A stretch of 64,000 nucleotides of DNA from positions 7,570,338-7,634,337 of the forward strand of contig NC_083444.1 in the NCBI RefSeq assembly GCF_020745735.1, given 5' to 3'. The notes under the pieces were generated by a model. It was not told the DNA's origin. It saw only the letters and a program-made list of their open reading frames with translations, and did no database searches. Source of the stretch: Hemiscyllium ocellatum (taxonomy: Eukaryota). Position 1 is the first letter of the stretch. Every line of letters starts with the position of its first letter. Below, one piece after another: positions 24,958 through 37,564 of this stretch. Made by a program: the position numbers and the translations under genes.

Positions 24958-25796
24958 TTCTCAAACCATTTTCCTCGGGATCCCATCACAAAACCATAAA
25001 AGGATATTTTTCTTCCTTCTGTAAGGTCCAATATTTCCTATTCCAGATGTTTATACTTGGTTTTCTTTTCTTCCCAGGCCTGTTTGAGTGAGTTAATTTG
25101 TAGGTTTGTTCTAATTGTTACATCGACCACGATAATCTGATTTTCCTTTTTAAAAATTATGTCCAGTATCCATAATTTCCCGGTATTATCTTAAATACGT
25201 GGTTCCATGTATATTATCCATCCTTTTTTCTTAATAAACTTAGTTAATTCTTCCATTATCTTTTTATCCTCATATTTTTAACATAGGGACACCATCCTGA
25301 GATATGCGTAATTGTTTCAGAATTATCATTACATCTCTGGCAACTCTTGATATTAAATGGCCTTCCATACCCTCGCGACGCCCGTGTTGGATATAGGTTC
25401 GTTCATAATAAGATCGAATTTATTACTTTGGACATCTTCATGTGTTGTATTTTTGTCAACCAGTTATTAGAGATATTATCATTCTTAAAATAATAGGTAC
25501 CAGCCCCTTGATAGGGCAAGGCTATCCATCTCTGAAGTTCCATAGATCTCCAGTTAGCATAATTTTTATTGCTAAATTCTTCTATTCCATCATTCTCTTT
25601 CTTGATAATATCAGATTCTCCCAATTGTCGATTTATACTTGGATTCCAGATATTTTCTAATATTTTCAATTTGCTGAGCATGTGCATTTTCGTGGCTATA
25701 CTACCACCTGTGAATAAAAACGAGGCATGTAGGATTTCATCCTCGGATTTGTATAGCGTCTCGTATTTCCTCAAAATCGCAATAGGAAAAGATGTT

Positions 25797-26503
25797 ATAG
25801 ACAATAGACAATAGGTGCAGGAGTAGGCCATTCAGCCCTTCGAGCCTGCACTGCCATTCAATATGACCATGGCTGATCATTCCTAATCAGTATCCGCTCC
25901 CTGCCTTACCTCCATGACCTTTGATTCCACTATCTTTGAGAGCTCTATCCAACTTTTTCTTAAATGAATCCAAAGACTGGGCCTCCACTGCCCTCTGGGG
26001 CAGAGCATTCCACACAGCCACCACTCTCTGGGTGAAGAAGTTTCTCCTCATCTCTGTCCTAAATGGTCTACCCCGTACTTTTAAGCTGTGTCCTCTGGTT
26101 CGGCACTCACCCATCAGCGGAAACATGTTTCCTGCTGCCAGAGTGTCCAATCCTTTCATAATCTTATATGTCTCAATCAGATCCCCTCTCAGTCTTCTAA
26201 ACTCAAGGGTATACAAGCCCATTCGCTTCAGTCTTTCAGTGTAAGGTAATCCCTCCATTCCAGGAATTGACCTCGTGAACCTACGCTGCACTCCCTCAAT
26301 AGCCAGAATGTCTTTCCTCAAATTTGGAGACCAGAACTGCACACAGTACTCCAGGTATGGTCTCACCAGGGCCCTGTACAGCTGCAGAAGCACCTCTTTG
26401 CTTCTATACTCAATCCCTCTTGTTATGAAGGCCAGCATGCTATTAGCCTTCTTCACTACCTGCTGTACCTGCATGCTTGCCTTCATTGACTGGTGTACAA
26501 GAC
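25797..26503 (-). mobile_element. CR1 LINE 3' fragment inserted in R2
   Basis: 199-aa ORF with YCVQFWSP and LRGDLIETYKIM; short tandem tail. Confidence 0.9.
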
Positions 26504-28719
26504 TGGGGTTGACAATCTATTCACCGCAAAGCCGCCGTCCCGGGACTTTGTATATAATAGCCCATCCGTGATGGATTGTGGGAGATGTAATATTTCTTTG
26601 ATTGCATTTTTAGTTATGTTGTCCAGTTTATTAAGGTAGTTTAATGATACCTCTGATAAAATTAGATAATAATATAATCTAGTGATAAAATAAATTTTTA
26701 AAAGTTCCAATTTCTGAACAGGTTTTAAAAAGGATCTTTTAAGATTTTCAATCCATATACCTAGTTGGTTTTCCCAATCCAATTGGCTTACACCAATCCA
26801 TGGGTCTATTTTTACTCCTAAATATTTATCAGTACTTCCTGGATCTATGAATTGTATATTACCCTCATTGAACTTCCAATTTGCCTTATCATTACTTATA
26901 AAAACAAAATGTTTATATATAAAGTAAAACCCTTTTGTTTTTCTTATATTGACCTCCATCCCCACATTATTACAAAGTTTCTCAACCAGATTTAAATTGT
27001 ATGCCATTCCATCATAGGATTGGCTAATTAGAGCTATATCATCGGCAAACGCTAGAGTTGCAAAATGATAGCTCTCTCTATTTTGACCTAAAAATAATCC
27101 TCTTTTTCTTTCTTCGATAGTGCTTATTAAAAAGAATTGGTGATAACACATCACCCTGTTTGACCCCTCTTAAAATTTTAACCTGATCAGTTTTACAATT
27201 AAAACCTTCAATTTGAGTAAAATTATTTTCATACAAATTTGTAATTAATTTAATAAATGTTGGGAGGAGCTGAATTCTTTTAAGAGCACTTATTATTAAT
27301 TTATGTCCTACGGTGTCAAAGGCTTTTGCCAGGTCTATGAATACCACTGCTAAATCAATTTTATTCTTCTTAGCTCCATTTATGATATTCTCCAGGATTT
27401 TAATATTTTCTTCACACCCTGCCACACCTGCCATAAAACCTTTTTGCCTCTTATTTAGGTTTATAACTCTACTTAATCTATTGGTTATAATTTTTGCAAA
27501 CAGCCTAAGCATAATTGGACCTATCATGATTGGTCTCCAGTTATTAATACCTTTTAATCCATCCTCATCACTTACTTTAGGAATCAGCACTGTTCTACTT
27601 ATCTTAACTTTATCTGGGATTTTACCTTTTTTTCTACTGTATCTTCTCTTAGCGTTATTTACCTTCTTATTACCTTCTCGTCTACTATCCTTCTGCTTAG
27701 TACCTACTTGATTTTCATATTTCAATTTCTTTGACTTATTATTTTCATTATTATTCTCTAGTTTACTGACTATCATATCCATATGATATCGTAGTCCTTC
27801 ATTATACCTTTACTCTTACTTATTTTATCCTCTATTATCTCTACTAATTCTGTAAGTGACCTATTTTTATATCCTACACTCCTATTAATATCATTATTAC
27901 CTTGATGACTATACTCACCAACTCCGATCTCCTCTATTACAGTATCTATATCCAGATCACTACTCTCACTTTCAATTTTACTATTATTACAAAGGACCAC
28001 TACCTGGCTTGTGCCCGCAACTTTCTCGTGATTTTTACTATGTTTATTTAACAATCTACTTTTATCCGAAATCTGTTTTGCTGTTTTAGTTTCCAATTTT
28101 TCCGCAATACGTTTATTGATATTTTTACAACCTCTAAATTCTAATTCTAATTGTTGTAATATTTTAATTTCAGAATTAGACCACATACTTCTTTTACCTT
28201 TCTCTCCTTTTTCTAAGTTATCTTTATTTTCTTTCTTCCTCTTATCGTTTCTCAGATTGGGATGCACGTGCCTCTCGTGTTGTCCCAATCCTCTAGCTGT
28301 TGGAAATTTCACATTTCACATTGGTATGATTTCTCGTCTTCCCTCTCTTTAGTATTCTTATTACTACTATTACTATTGCACTTAGAATAGTGACATGCGA
28401 CTGCGCGATAGTTGCCTTCCCAGCCACACTTATTACATTTTATTCTTACCACTTTAATCCCTTTACATTATTTTAGATGTTTCCTAAACATTCCCGTAGT
28501 ATTAGAAATATTATTACAAGATTTACACTTAAAATTATTTAACGGCTATTTTATTATTATCTCTAATTTATCTTCCTCATTAATAACCCGATGAATAATT
28601 CTACTCTCACTCCTCTCCTTGTTGATCTCTAGTTCTCCAGTCTGACTAAAATCAAAAGGCCCTTTAAAATTCGAATTAAAAATTGGCCAGCTGTTAAACG
28701 AACCAGATTCTAGAGGGGT

Positions 28720-28810
28720 AAAGCTGAATATGTGTTGCTGGAAAAGCACAGCAGGTCAGGGAACATCCAAGGAGCAGGAGAGTCGACGTTTCGGGCATGA
28801 GCCCTTCTTC
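28720..28810 (-). mobile_element. Penelope-tail/hammerhead fragment inserted in R2
   Basis: 14-bp TSD agattctagagggg on both sides. Confidence 0.8.
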
Positions 28811-29224
28811 AGATTCTAGAGGGGCCTTCTCGAAGAGTCCTTCCATTCGAATTTGATCCTGATTACTCTGGACTTCCTCATTGGCTTCCTCATGCCTGCC
28901 AGAGGGCAGCCTTGCCGGAGTAACTCTTAGGGTCTCCTCTGTTTGTGACAAAACGGATTGTCTAGTCCAGGTTTGGCTAACACACTTAGCACACGGTGCC
29001 GTCAATAACACAGGGCGGTTATTTTCCCGGTCTCCCACCCAACCGGAAATTTTGGAGTTAGACATAATCGCCACTGCCAAAAACTAGGTTTCTATCGTTG
29101 ACCGAGTGGTCACCAGCCATCTCGTATCTTTTCTCTGGTCGTATTAGCCGACCTGATCCGAGTCATGCTCTTACAACAGAAGGAAATAGTAAAACTGTCA
29201 GTGGCATACAGCATAGGTTAAAAC

Positions 29225-29417
29225 TGAAAATGTGTTGCTGGAAAAGCGCAGCAGGTCAGGCAGCATCCAAAGAGCAGGAGATTCAATGTTTCCTGTATGA
29301 GCCCTCATGCCTGAAGCATCGATTCTCCTGCTCCTTGGATGCTGCCTGACCTGCTGCGCCTTTCCAGCAACACATTTTCAGCTCTGATCTCCAGCATCTG
29401 CATCCTCACTTTCTCCC
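29225..29417. mobile_element. Penelope-tail fold-back element in the R2 5' region
   Basis: 16-bp TSD cagcataggttaaaac (29209-29224 / 29418-29433); inverted arms. Confidence 0.85.
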
Positions 29418-29829
29418 CAGCATAGGTTAAAACCAAAGGTAAAACCAGTGATAAAATCAATGATAAAAGCCGTGATAAAACCATGCTAATATAACCTCTG
29501 GACAAGTTAAAACCACTCCTCTGTTTGGAGCTTCCACTTACAGGTCGTTTCCAGGGGGAACCGTGTGGAGTTTTGACCAACTTTGCAATCGATAAAATAC
29601 GTAGAAATGATTACAAAGTTTCCTTTCTCCTCGCTCTGCCTGCCTTGCTCCCTCTCACTGTCTCAGGGTTTGTTTCTGAGCAGACACACATGTGTGTGTA
29701 AGGGACCAGCAGCGTTGCTGAAGCCTCCCACTGCACCCCTCCATCAGTTCAATGGGATTGAGACAGTGAGCACTTGCTCAGCTCGCTCCTTGTTCAGGAG
29801 ACGAGGCAGCAGCACATCGCGCATGAGAC

Positions 29830-32800
29830 CCCACCCCACAGACCCCTCACACCCCGCCCCTCTGTCTACTCCTCACCCGCCTGTCCAATCATGGCCCTAC
29901 TCGCAAACCCCGCCCCTCTTCCCCAACCCTGCTCCACCAACCTCTCCCCGCCACACAACCCTGGACCCCTCTCCCACCCCCGGACCCCTCTCCCATCCTA
30001 ACCCCTCTCCCCACCCTGGACCCTTCTCCCAATCCGGACCCCTCTCTCACCTTGACCTCTCTCCCACCCCAGGTCACTCCCCCACCCTGACCCCTCTCCC
30101 CTCAGACCCCTCTCCCATCACCGGACCCGTCTCCCATCACCAGACCCCTCTCCCACCCCCGGACCCCACTCCGCCTGGACCCCTCTCCCACCCTGACCCC
30201 TCTCCCCTCGGACCCCACCCCCAACACCGGACCCCACTCCCACCCCAGACCCCTCTCTCCCTTGACCCCTCTCCCCCCAGACCCCTCTCCCACCACCGGA
30301 CCCCTCTCCCACCCTGACCTCACTCCCTCGGACCTGTCTCCCACCCTGATCCCTCTCCTCCCCGACCCCTCTCTCCCACCCTGCACCCCGGACCCCTCTC
30401 CCACCACCGGACCCCTCTCCCACCCCCGGATCCCTCTCCCACCCTGACCCCACCCCCAGACCCCTCTCCAACCCCACCGTCCCCTCTCCTCCACCCCGCA
30501 ACCCGGACCCCTCTCCCACCCTGACTCCTCTCCCCCCCCGACTCCTCTCTCCCCCGACCCTCTCCCTCACCCGCACCCTGGACCCCACTCCCACACCTGG
30601 ACCCCTCTCCCACCCTCGGACCCCCCTCCTCCACTCTGCACGCTGGACCCCTCTCCCATCCCCGGACTCCTCTCCCACCCTGACCCCTCTCCCCCTGGAT
30701 CGCGCTCACACCGGATCCCGGACCTTTCTCCCCTCCGCCCCGGGCCCTTCTCCCACCCCCGGGCCCCTCTCCCACCCTGACCCCACTCCGCCCGGACCCC
30801 TCTCCCACCCCCAGAACCCTCTCCACCCCCCCTTCCCCTCTCCTCCACCCCGCACCCCAGACTCCTCTCCCACCCTGACTCCTCTCCCCCCCGACCCTCT
30901 CCCTCACCCGCACCCTGGACCCCACTCCCACACCTGGACCCCTCTCCCACCCTGACCCCTCTCCCACCCCCGGACCCCTCTCCCCCACTCTGCATCCTGG
31001 ACCCCTCTCCCATCCCCGGACTCCTCTCCCACCCTGACCGCTCTCCCCCTGGATCGCGCTCACCCCGGATCCCCAGACCCTTCTCCCCTCCGCCCCGGAC
31101 CCTTCTCCCACCCCCTGGACCCCTCTCCCACCCTGACCCCACTCACCCCGGACCCCTCTCCCACCCCCGGACCCCTCTCACCCCGACCCCTCTCTCCCAC
31201 CCCGCACCCTGGACCTCTCTCCCACCCCCGAACCCCTCTCCCACCCTGACCCCTCTACCCCCGGACCCCACTACCCCTGGACCTTTCTACCCCCCTGCCC
31301 CGGACCCCTCTCCCAAACCCTGACCCCTCTCCCACCCTGACCCCTCTTTCCCCTCCTCCCCCACAGCCCCGGACCCCAGACCCCAGACCCTACTGTGAGA
31401 AACAAATGTCACTGTTCAATGATTTCAATCCGGTTCATACATTCTTGCAAGCCCGGGTGACCACAAAGTAGGCACCCCGATCAGGAGGTCACATTACAAT
31501 TGATAGAGTTCAGTTGAGTCTCTTGGTACTCCCCTTTTACCCTGCTGGTTGCTTTTGCAGTTGTGTAGCCTATCACAAGCTCTAGCTTCACATCGCCTCT
31601 GTTTACATCTCCCACTACTCTAAATCTGTCGCGCCCACCCCCACTCATATTCATTTTATGTCTTATTTGATTATCTTGTCCATACAAGCTCCCGATGTGT
31701 GTGACAATTGCAACCGTGATGTCAATACACCTGTTTCTACCAGTCCACCACCTCCCTTTTCGGTTCGTTATTTCTTGGTATATTTCTTGTTTCTGCCCTG
31801 CAACTTCTGCAGAAGCAAGAGGCAGCTACTTGTAGCTGTATGTGCAAGCATATCCAGCTTAACATACACCCCGTCATGTTTCAGCCTCGTGATTTTTGCA
31901 AAAACAACAACATTTGCAAGCGCCTCTCACACCACTCCCCCCAGTCGCCAGACTCTTCTCTCACTCCAGATCCCTCTCCCCCCCCCCCCGGACACCTGAT
32001 CCCTCTCCCCCCAGACCCCTCTCCCCCCCGCCAACCCCACTCCCTGCTCCCACCTCAGACCCCTCTCCTGGCCCCGAACCCCTCTTTCCCCCAGACCCCT
32101 CTCTCACTCCTCCCCGGACCCTGTCCTCCCTCTCTCCCCCCGCCCCCGGACACCTGACCTCGGACTCCGACCCCTGACCCCTGACTGTTCTCCCTCTCAG
32201 ACCCCTGACCCTTCTCCCCTCCTGGACCCCGGAACCTTCTCCCCCCGACATCTCTACCCCCTCCCCGGACCCCACCCCCTTTCTCCCCTGACCCCTGGAT
32301 CCCAGACCCCTCTCCCCCTTGGACCCCAGACCCCTCTTCCCCCCCTGAATCCCAGACCCCTCTCCCTTCCAGGCCCCTCTCCCCTCTGGACACTGTGCCC
32401 CTCTTCCCCATGGACCTTGGACCCCTCTTCCCCCCAGACACCTCTCCCTGCCCCCACCCCGGACCCCTCTCCCCCCCCTCCCAGGTCACCTCACCCTCCC
32501 ATGACCCCTCTGACCTCCCCAGCACTTCTCCCTCCTGGACCCTGGTCCCTCTCCCCCTTTTCTCCCCTCTCCCCCACCCCCTGGACCTCTCTTACCCCTC
32601 CCCAGAACCTGCCCTTCCTCTCCCTTCCCGAACGCCTGACCCCAGACCCCGACCCCATACCTCTGACCCTTATCCCCTCCGGACCCCTGACCCCTCTCCC
32701 CCACCCGGACCCCTGAACCTTCTCCCCACGGAGATCTCCACCCCCTCCCCAGTTCCCACTGCCTTTCTCCCCCGGACCCCGTCCCTTCTCCCCTGGACCC

Positions 32801-33620
32801 CAGACCCCTCTTCCCCCCGAATCGCGGACCCCTTTCCCATCTGGAACCCAGACCCCTCTCGCCTCCAGACCCCTCTCCCCTCTGGACCCCAGGTCCCTCT
32901 CCACCCCCCCCCCCGACCCTGGACCCCTCTCCCCCACTCCCGACCCCTCTGCCTTCCGGACCCCGGGCCCCTCTCCCCCGGACCAGTCTCCCCCCCCCAG
33001 ACCCCTCTCACTGCCCCAACCCCGCACCCCCTCCCGGTCCCGGACCCTTCTTTCCCCCCAAGACCCCTCTCACCACCACCCCCCTTGGACGACTCACCCC
33101 TCCCCGGGACCCCTCTCTCCCCCCACACCCCGGCCCCGGACCCAGCCCCCCCCCGTCCCTCTGCATCCCTCTGGACACCTCTCCCCCTCCGATCCTCTCT
33201 CCCCCCCTCCACGGACCATGGCCCCCTCCCCCCGGGCCCCTCTCCCCCCCCCACCCCTGGACCACAGACTTCTGTTCCCCCCCCCGGACTCTGGACCCCT
33301 CTTCCCCCCTGAATCTCGGACCCCTCTCCCATCAGACCCAGACCCCTCTCCCCTCCAGATCCCGGACCCCTCTCCCCCATGGACCTCAGACCCCTCTTCC
33401 CCCCCTGACCCCGGACCCCTATCCCCACCCGACCGCTCTCCCCTCCAGACCCTGGACCCCTCACCCCCTGGTCGCCCAACCCCTCCCCCCACCAAGACCC
33501 CTCCCCCCCAAGGATCCCAGACCCGTCTCTCCCCTGGACCCCTCTCACTCCTGGACCCCTCTCTCCCCCCATGACTCTGTCCCCCCCTTCCCCCCCCTGC
33601 CCTGATCCTGCCCCCAACTC
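29830..33620 (+). repeat. C-rich degenerate satellite (ggacccctctcccacccc-type units)
   Basis: Tandem 10-20 bp units with higher-order duplications; interrupted by a solo LTR. Confidence 0.95.
31394..31931. mobile_element. Solo LTR (538 bp)
   Basis: TGTGAGA...TCTCACA inverted termini; near 4-bp TSD ctac/ccac; first 13 nt identical to the terminus of the ERV LTR at 14379. Confidence 0.72.
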
Positions 33621-33907
33621 CTCCGTCCCGTCCCATCCCAGATATTTCCCCGCTGTGAGTGCCCCCTGCACGTCTGGGATCTTGCTGTGCGCCCATTACC
33701 AGGAGGGGTTTTTTTGGGCATGTGAAGGAACCGAGTGTGATGGGCAGTGGGGAGGTTGGCAGCTACGGGATGTGAACCCCGATCTACGTCCTGCATGTAG
33801 CAGCAAGGTGATGGCGCTAAATGGCCTTCCCTTGAACCACAGTCCAACGGACTGATGCATAACCCGTCTGGAAATGTCTTGTTTTCAGGCTCAGAGACGT
33901 AGACAAC

Positions 33908-33980
33908 ATGAACCACATCGCCCGCTCCTGCCTTCACCTTCTGTTAATGCTCCTCTGGATGACTAACATATTCGGAATGG
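33908..33980 (+). CDS. Ig-superfamily gene, exon 1: signal peptide MNHIARSCLHLLLMLLWMTNIFGM(G)
   Basis: ATG in acaacATG context; hydrophobic core; phase-1 donor G|gtaaga at 33981; acceptor tcttgttttcag at 33888. Confidence 0.75.
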
Positions 33981-34014
33981 GTAAGAAAGACAGGGGACTG
34001 CCATAGTGTTAAAG

Positions 34015-36530
34015 GTTTAGATGGGGAGGAATTTCTTAAGTGTGTACAAGACAACTTTCTGATTCAGTATGTGGATGTACCTACTAGAGAAGGTGCAAAA
34101 CTTGACCTACTCTTGGGAAATAAGGCAGGGCAGGTGACTGAGGTGTCAGTGGGGCAGCACTTTGGGGCCATAATTCTATTCGTTTTAAAATAGTGATGGA
34201 AAAGGGTAGACCAGATCTAAAAGTTGAAGTTCTAAATTCGAGAAAGTCCAATTTTGATGGTATTAGGCAAGAACTTTCGAAAGTTGATTGGAGGCAGATG
34301 TTCGCCGGTAAAGGGACGGCTGGAAAATGGGAAGCCTTCAGAAATGAGATGACGAGAATCCAGAGAAAGTATATTCCTGTCAGGGTGAAAGGAACGGCTG
34401 GTAGGTATAGGGAATGCTGGATGACTGAAGAAATTGAGGGTTTGGTTAAGAAAAAGAAGGAAGCATATGTCAGGTATAGACAGGGTAGATCGAGTGAATC
34501 CTGAGAAGAGTATAAAGGAAGTAGGAGTATACTTAAGAGGGAAATCAGGAGGGCAAAAAGAGATGAGATAGCTTTGGCAAATAGAATTAAGGAGGATCCA
34601 AAGGGTTTTTACAAATATATCCAGGACAAAAGGGTAACTGGGGAGAGAATACGGCCCCTCAAAGATCAGCAAGGTGGCCTTTGTGTGGAGCCGCAGAAAA
34701 TGGGGGAGATACTGAATGAATATTTTGCATCAGTATTTACTGTGGTAAAGGATATGGAAGATATAGACTGTAGGGAAATAGATGGTGACATCTTGCAAAA
34801 TGTCCAGATTACAGAGGAGGAAGTGCTGGATGTCTTGAAATGGGTAAAGGTGGCTAAATCCCCAGGACCTGATCAGGTGTACCCGAGAACTCTGTGGGAA
34901 GCCAGAGAAGTGATTGCTGGGCCTCTTGCTGAGATATTTGTATCATCGATAGTCACAGATGAGGTGCCTGAAGACTGGAGGTTGGCAAATGTGGTACCAC
35001 TTTCTGGATTAGTGGTGCTGGGAAAGCACAGCAGTTCAGGAGGCATCAGAGGAGCAGTAAAATTGACGTTTCGGGCAAAAGCCCTTCATCAGAAATATGG
35101 TACCACTGTTTAAGAAGGGCGGTAAAGACAAGCCAGGGAACTATAGACCGGTGAGCCTGACCTTGGTGGTGGGCAAGTTGTTGGAGGGAATCCCGAGGGA
35201 CAGGATGTACATGTATTTGGAAAGGCAAGGACTAATTAGGGATAGTCTACATGGCTTTGTGCGTGGGAAATCATGTCTCACAAACTTGATTGAGTTTTTT
35301 GAAGAAGTAACAAAGAGGATTGATGAGGGCAGAGCAGTAGATGTGATCTATATGGACTTCAGTAAGGCGTTCGACAAGGTTCCCCATGGGAGACTGATTA
35401 GCAAGGTTAGATCTCATGGAATAAAGGGAGAACTAGCCATTTGGATACAGAACTGGTTCAAAGGAAGAAGACAGAGGTTGGTGGTGGTGGAGGGTTGTTT
35501 TTCAGACTGGAGGCCTGTGACCAGTGGAGTGCCACAAGGATCAGTGCTGGGTCCTCTACTTTTTGTCATTTACATAAATGATTTGGATGCAAGCTTAAGA
35601 GGTACAGTTAGTAAGTTTGCAGATGACACCAAAATTGGAGGTGTAGTGGACAGCGAAGAGGGTTACCTCAGATTACAACAGGATCTGGACCAGATGGGCT
35701 AATGGGCTGAGAAGTGGCAGATGGAGTTTAATTCAGATAAATGCGAGGTGCTGCATTTTGGGAAAGCAAATTAGAGCAGGACTTATACACTTAATGGTAA
35801 GGTCCTAGGGAGTGTTGCTGAACAAAGAGACCTTGGAGTACAGGCTCTTAGCTCCTTGAAAGTGGAGTCACAGGTAGAAAGGATAATGAAGAAGGCATTT
35901 GGTATGCTTTCCTTTATTGGCCAGAGGATTGAGTACAGGGGTTGGGAGGTCATGTTGTGGCTGTACAGGACATTGGTTAGGCCACTGTTGGAATATTGCG
36001 TACAGTTCTGGTCTCCTACCTATCGGAAACATGTTGTGAAACTTGAAAGGGTTCAGGAAAGATTTACAAGTATGTTGCCAGGGTTGGAGGATTTGAGCTA
36101 TAGGAGAGGCTGAACAGGCTGTGGCTGTTTTCCCTGGAGTGTCGGAGGCTGAGGGGTGACCTTATAGAGGCAAAATTATGAGGGGCATGGATAGGTAAAT
36201 AGGCAAAGTCTTTTCCCTGGGGTGGGGGAGTCCAGAACTAGAGGGCATACGTTTAGGGTGAGAGGGGAAAGATATAAAAGAGACCTAAGGGGCAATGTTT
36301 TCACACAGAGGGTGGTACGTGTATGGAATGAGCTGCCAGAGGAAGTGATGGAGGCTGGTACAATTGCAACATTTAAAATGCATTTGGATGGGTATATGAA
36401 TAGGAAGGGTTTGGAGGGATATGGGCCGGGTGCTGGCAGGTGGGACTAGATTGGGTTGGGATATTTGGTCAGCATGGATGTGTTGGACCGAAGGCTCTGT
36501 TTCCGTGCTGTATATCTCTATGACTCTATG
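34015..36530 (+). mobile_element. 2.5-kb 5'-truncated CR1/HER1 LINE (intron 1) with Penelope-tail insertion at about 35002-35092
   Basis: Endonuclease C-terminus/linker, RT ([29 protein letters not shown]), 3' UTR and (tatgac)n tail; the insertion has a 15-bp TSD aaatgtggtaccact/aaatatggtaccact. Confidence 0.95.
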
Positions 36531-36534
36531 ACTA

Positions 36535-36712
36535 AGAGAGAGAGAGAGATAGAGACAGAGGGAGAGTGAGATAGACAGTGAGGGAGACAGACCGATGGAG
36601 AGAGATAGGAAGGGTAGAGAGAGAGAGAGAGACAGAGAGCAAGAGAGAGAGAGGAAGGAGAGGAAGAGAGAGAGCGAGACTGGGGTTGACTTGTAAGAGA
36701 GATTGAGAGGGA

Positions 36713-36747
<35 letters not shown>

Positions 36748-36895
36748 GGACAGGGAAAGAGAGAAGGGGAGAAATGGAGCAGGAGGATGGAGAAAGAGGG
36801 ACAGAATGTGGAGAGATAGATAGGGACAGAGAGAGAATGGGAGAATCAGATTGAGAGGAGGGAGAGAGAGAGATGGAGGGAGAGAGGGAGAGTCC
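36535..36895 (+). repeat. (GA)n purine-rich microsatellite
   Basis: Direct observation. Confidence 0.9.
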
Positions 36896-36919
36896 TCCTC
36901 TTTAGGGTTCACTGCAAGT

Positions 36920-37220
36920 GCTGAGGTAGCTCTACACTGTCCCCCATCAAATACTCCCAGGACAGGGACAGCATCGGCATAGATACAGAGTAAAGCTCCC
37001 ACTACACTCTCTCCCCCATCAAACACCCTCCAGGACAGGGATAGTACGGGGTTAGACACAGAGTAGAGCTCCCTCTACACTGTCCACCCATTAAACACTT
37101 CTAGGACGGGACAGCATGGGGTCAGATACAGAGTAATGCTCCCTCTACACTGTCTCCCATCAAAAACTCCCAGTACAGGGACAACATGGGGTTAGATACA
37201 GAGCAAAGCTCCCTCTACAA
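36920..37220 (+). repeat. About 60-bp minisatellite (ctacactgtcccccatcaaacactcccaggacagggacag...)
   Basis: About 5 tandem copies. Confidence 0.85.
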
Positions 37221-37564
37221 AATGGAAGCAGGGTAAATAGCAACAGCAGAAGGTCAGTTGACCCATAGAGCTTGCTCTGCCATTTGATGTGATCACAGCT
37301 GACCCTCAAACTCAATAACCTTTTCTCACTTTGCCCGTGGAACTCTTTTTAATTCCTTCAAGAAAACACAATATTTTGGCCTATCCACTTTCTATGGCAG
37401 GATATTCCACAGTCTCCACCCTGTGGGTAAAGACCTTTCTCCTCGTCTTAGTCCCACCCCTTCTCCTTTAGACTGTGATCTCTAGGCTGCCCCCGGTCAT
37501 CAGTACCAGTCTTTCTGTATTTACCCTGTCTAGTCTGGTTAGAATTTTATAGACCACTCCATCA

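Larger units (their letters stand above)
24130..29590 (-). mobile_element. R2-family non-LTR retrotransposon (three zinc fingers + Myb + RT + restriction-like endonuclease), decayed, with nested insertions
   Basis: ZFs CKSC..H, CNKCGWEGNYRAVACHYSKC, C..FPTARGLGQHERHVH; Myb WSNSEIKIL..KTAKQISDK; RT WRPIMIG, QKGF, DLAKAFDTV, GVKQGDVLSPILFN, AFADD; CQRCNDNSETITHISGWC knuckle; R..(HN), ILDIIF..VDVT, K..KY, GSRGKW; ORF about 29080 to stop at about 24513. Confidence 0.92.

Noticed and set aside
29583-33700. Many long Pro-rich or Gly-rich ORFs (up to 333 aa)
   Set aside because: Translations of a low-complexity satellite; both strands are open because stops are scarce.
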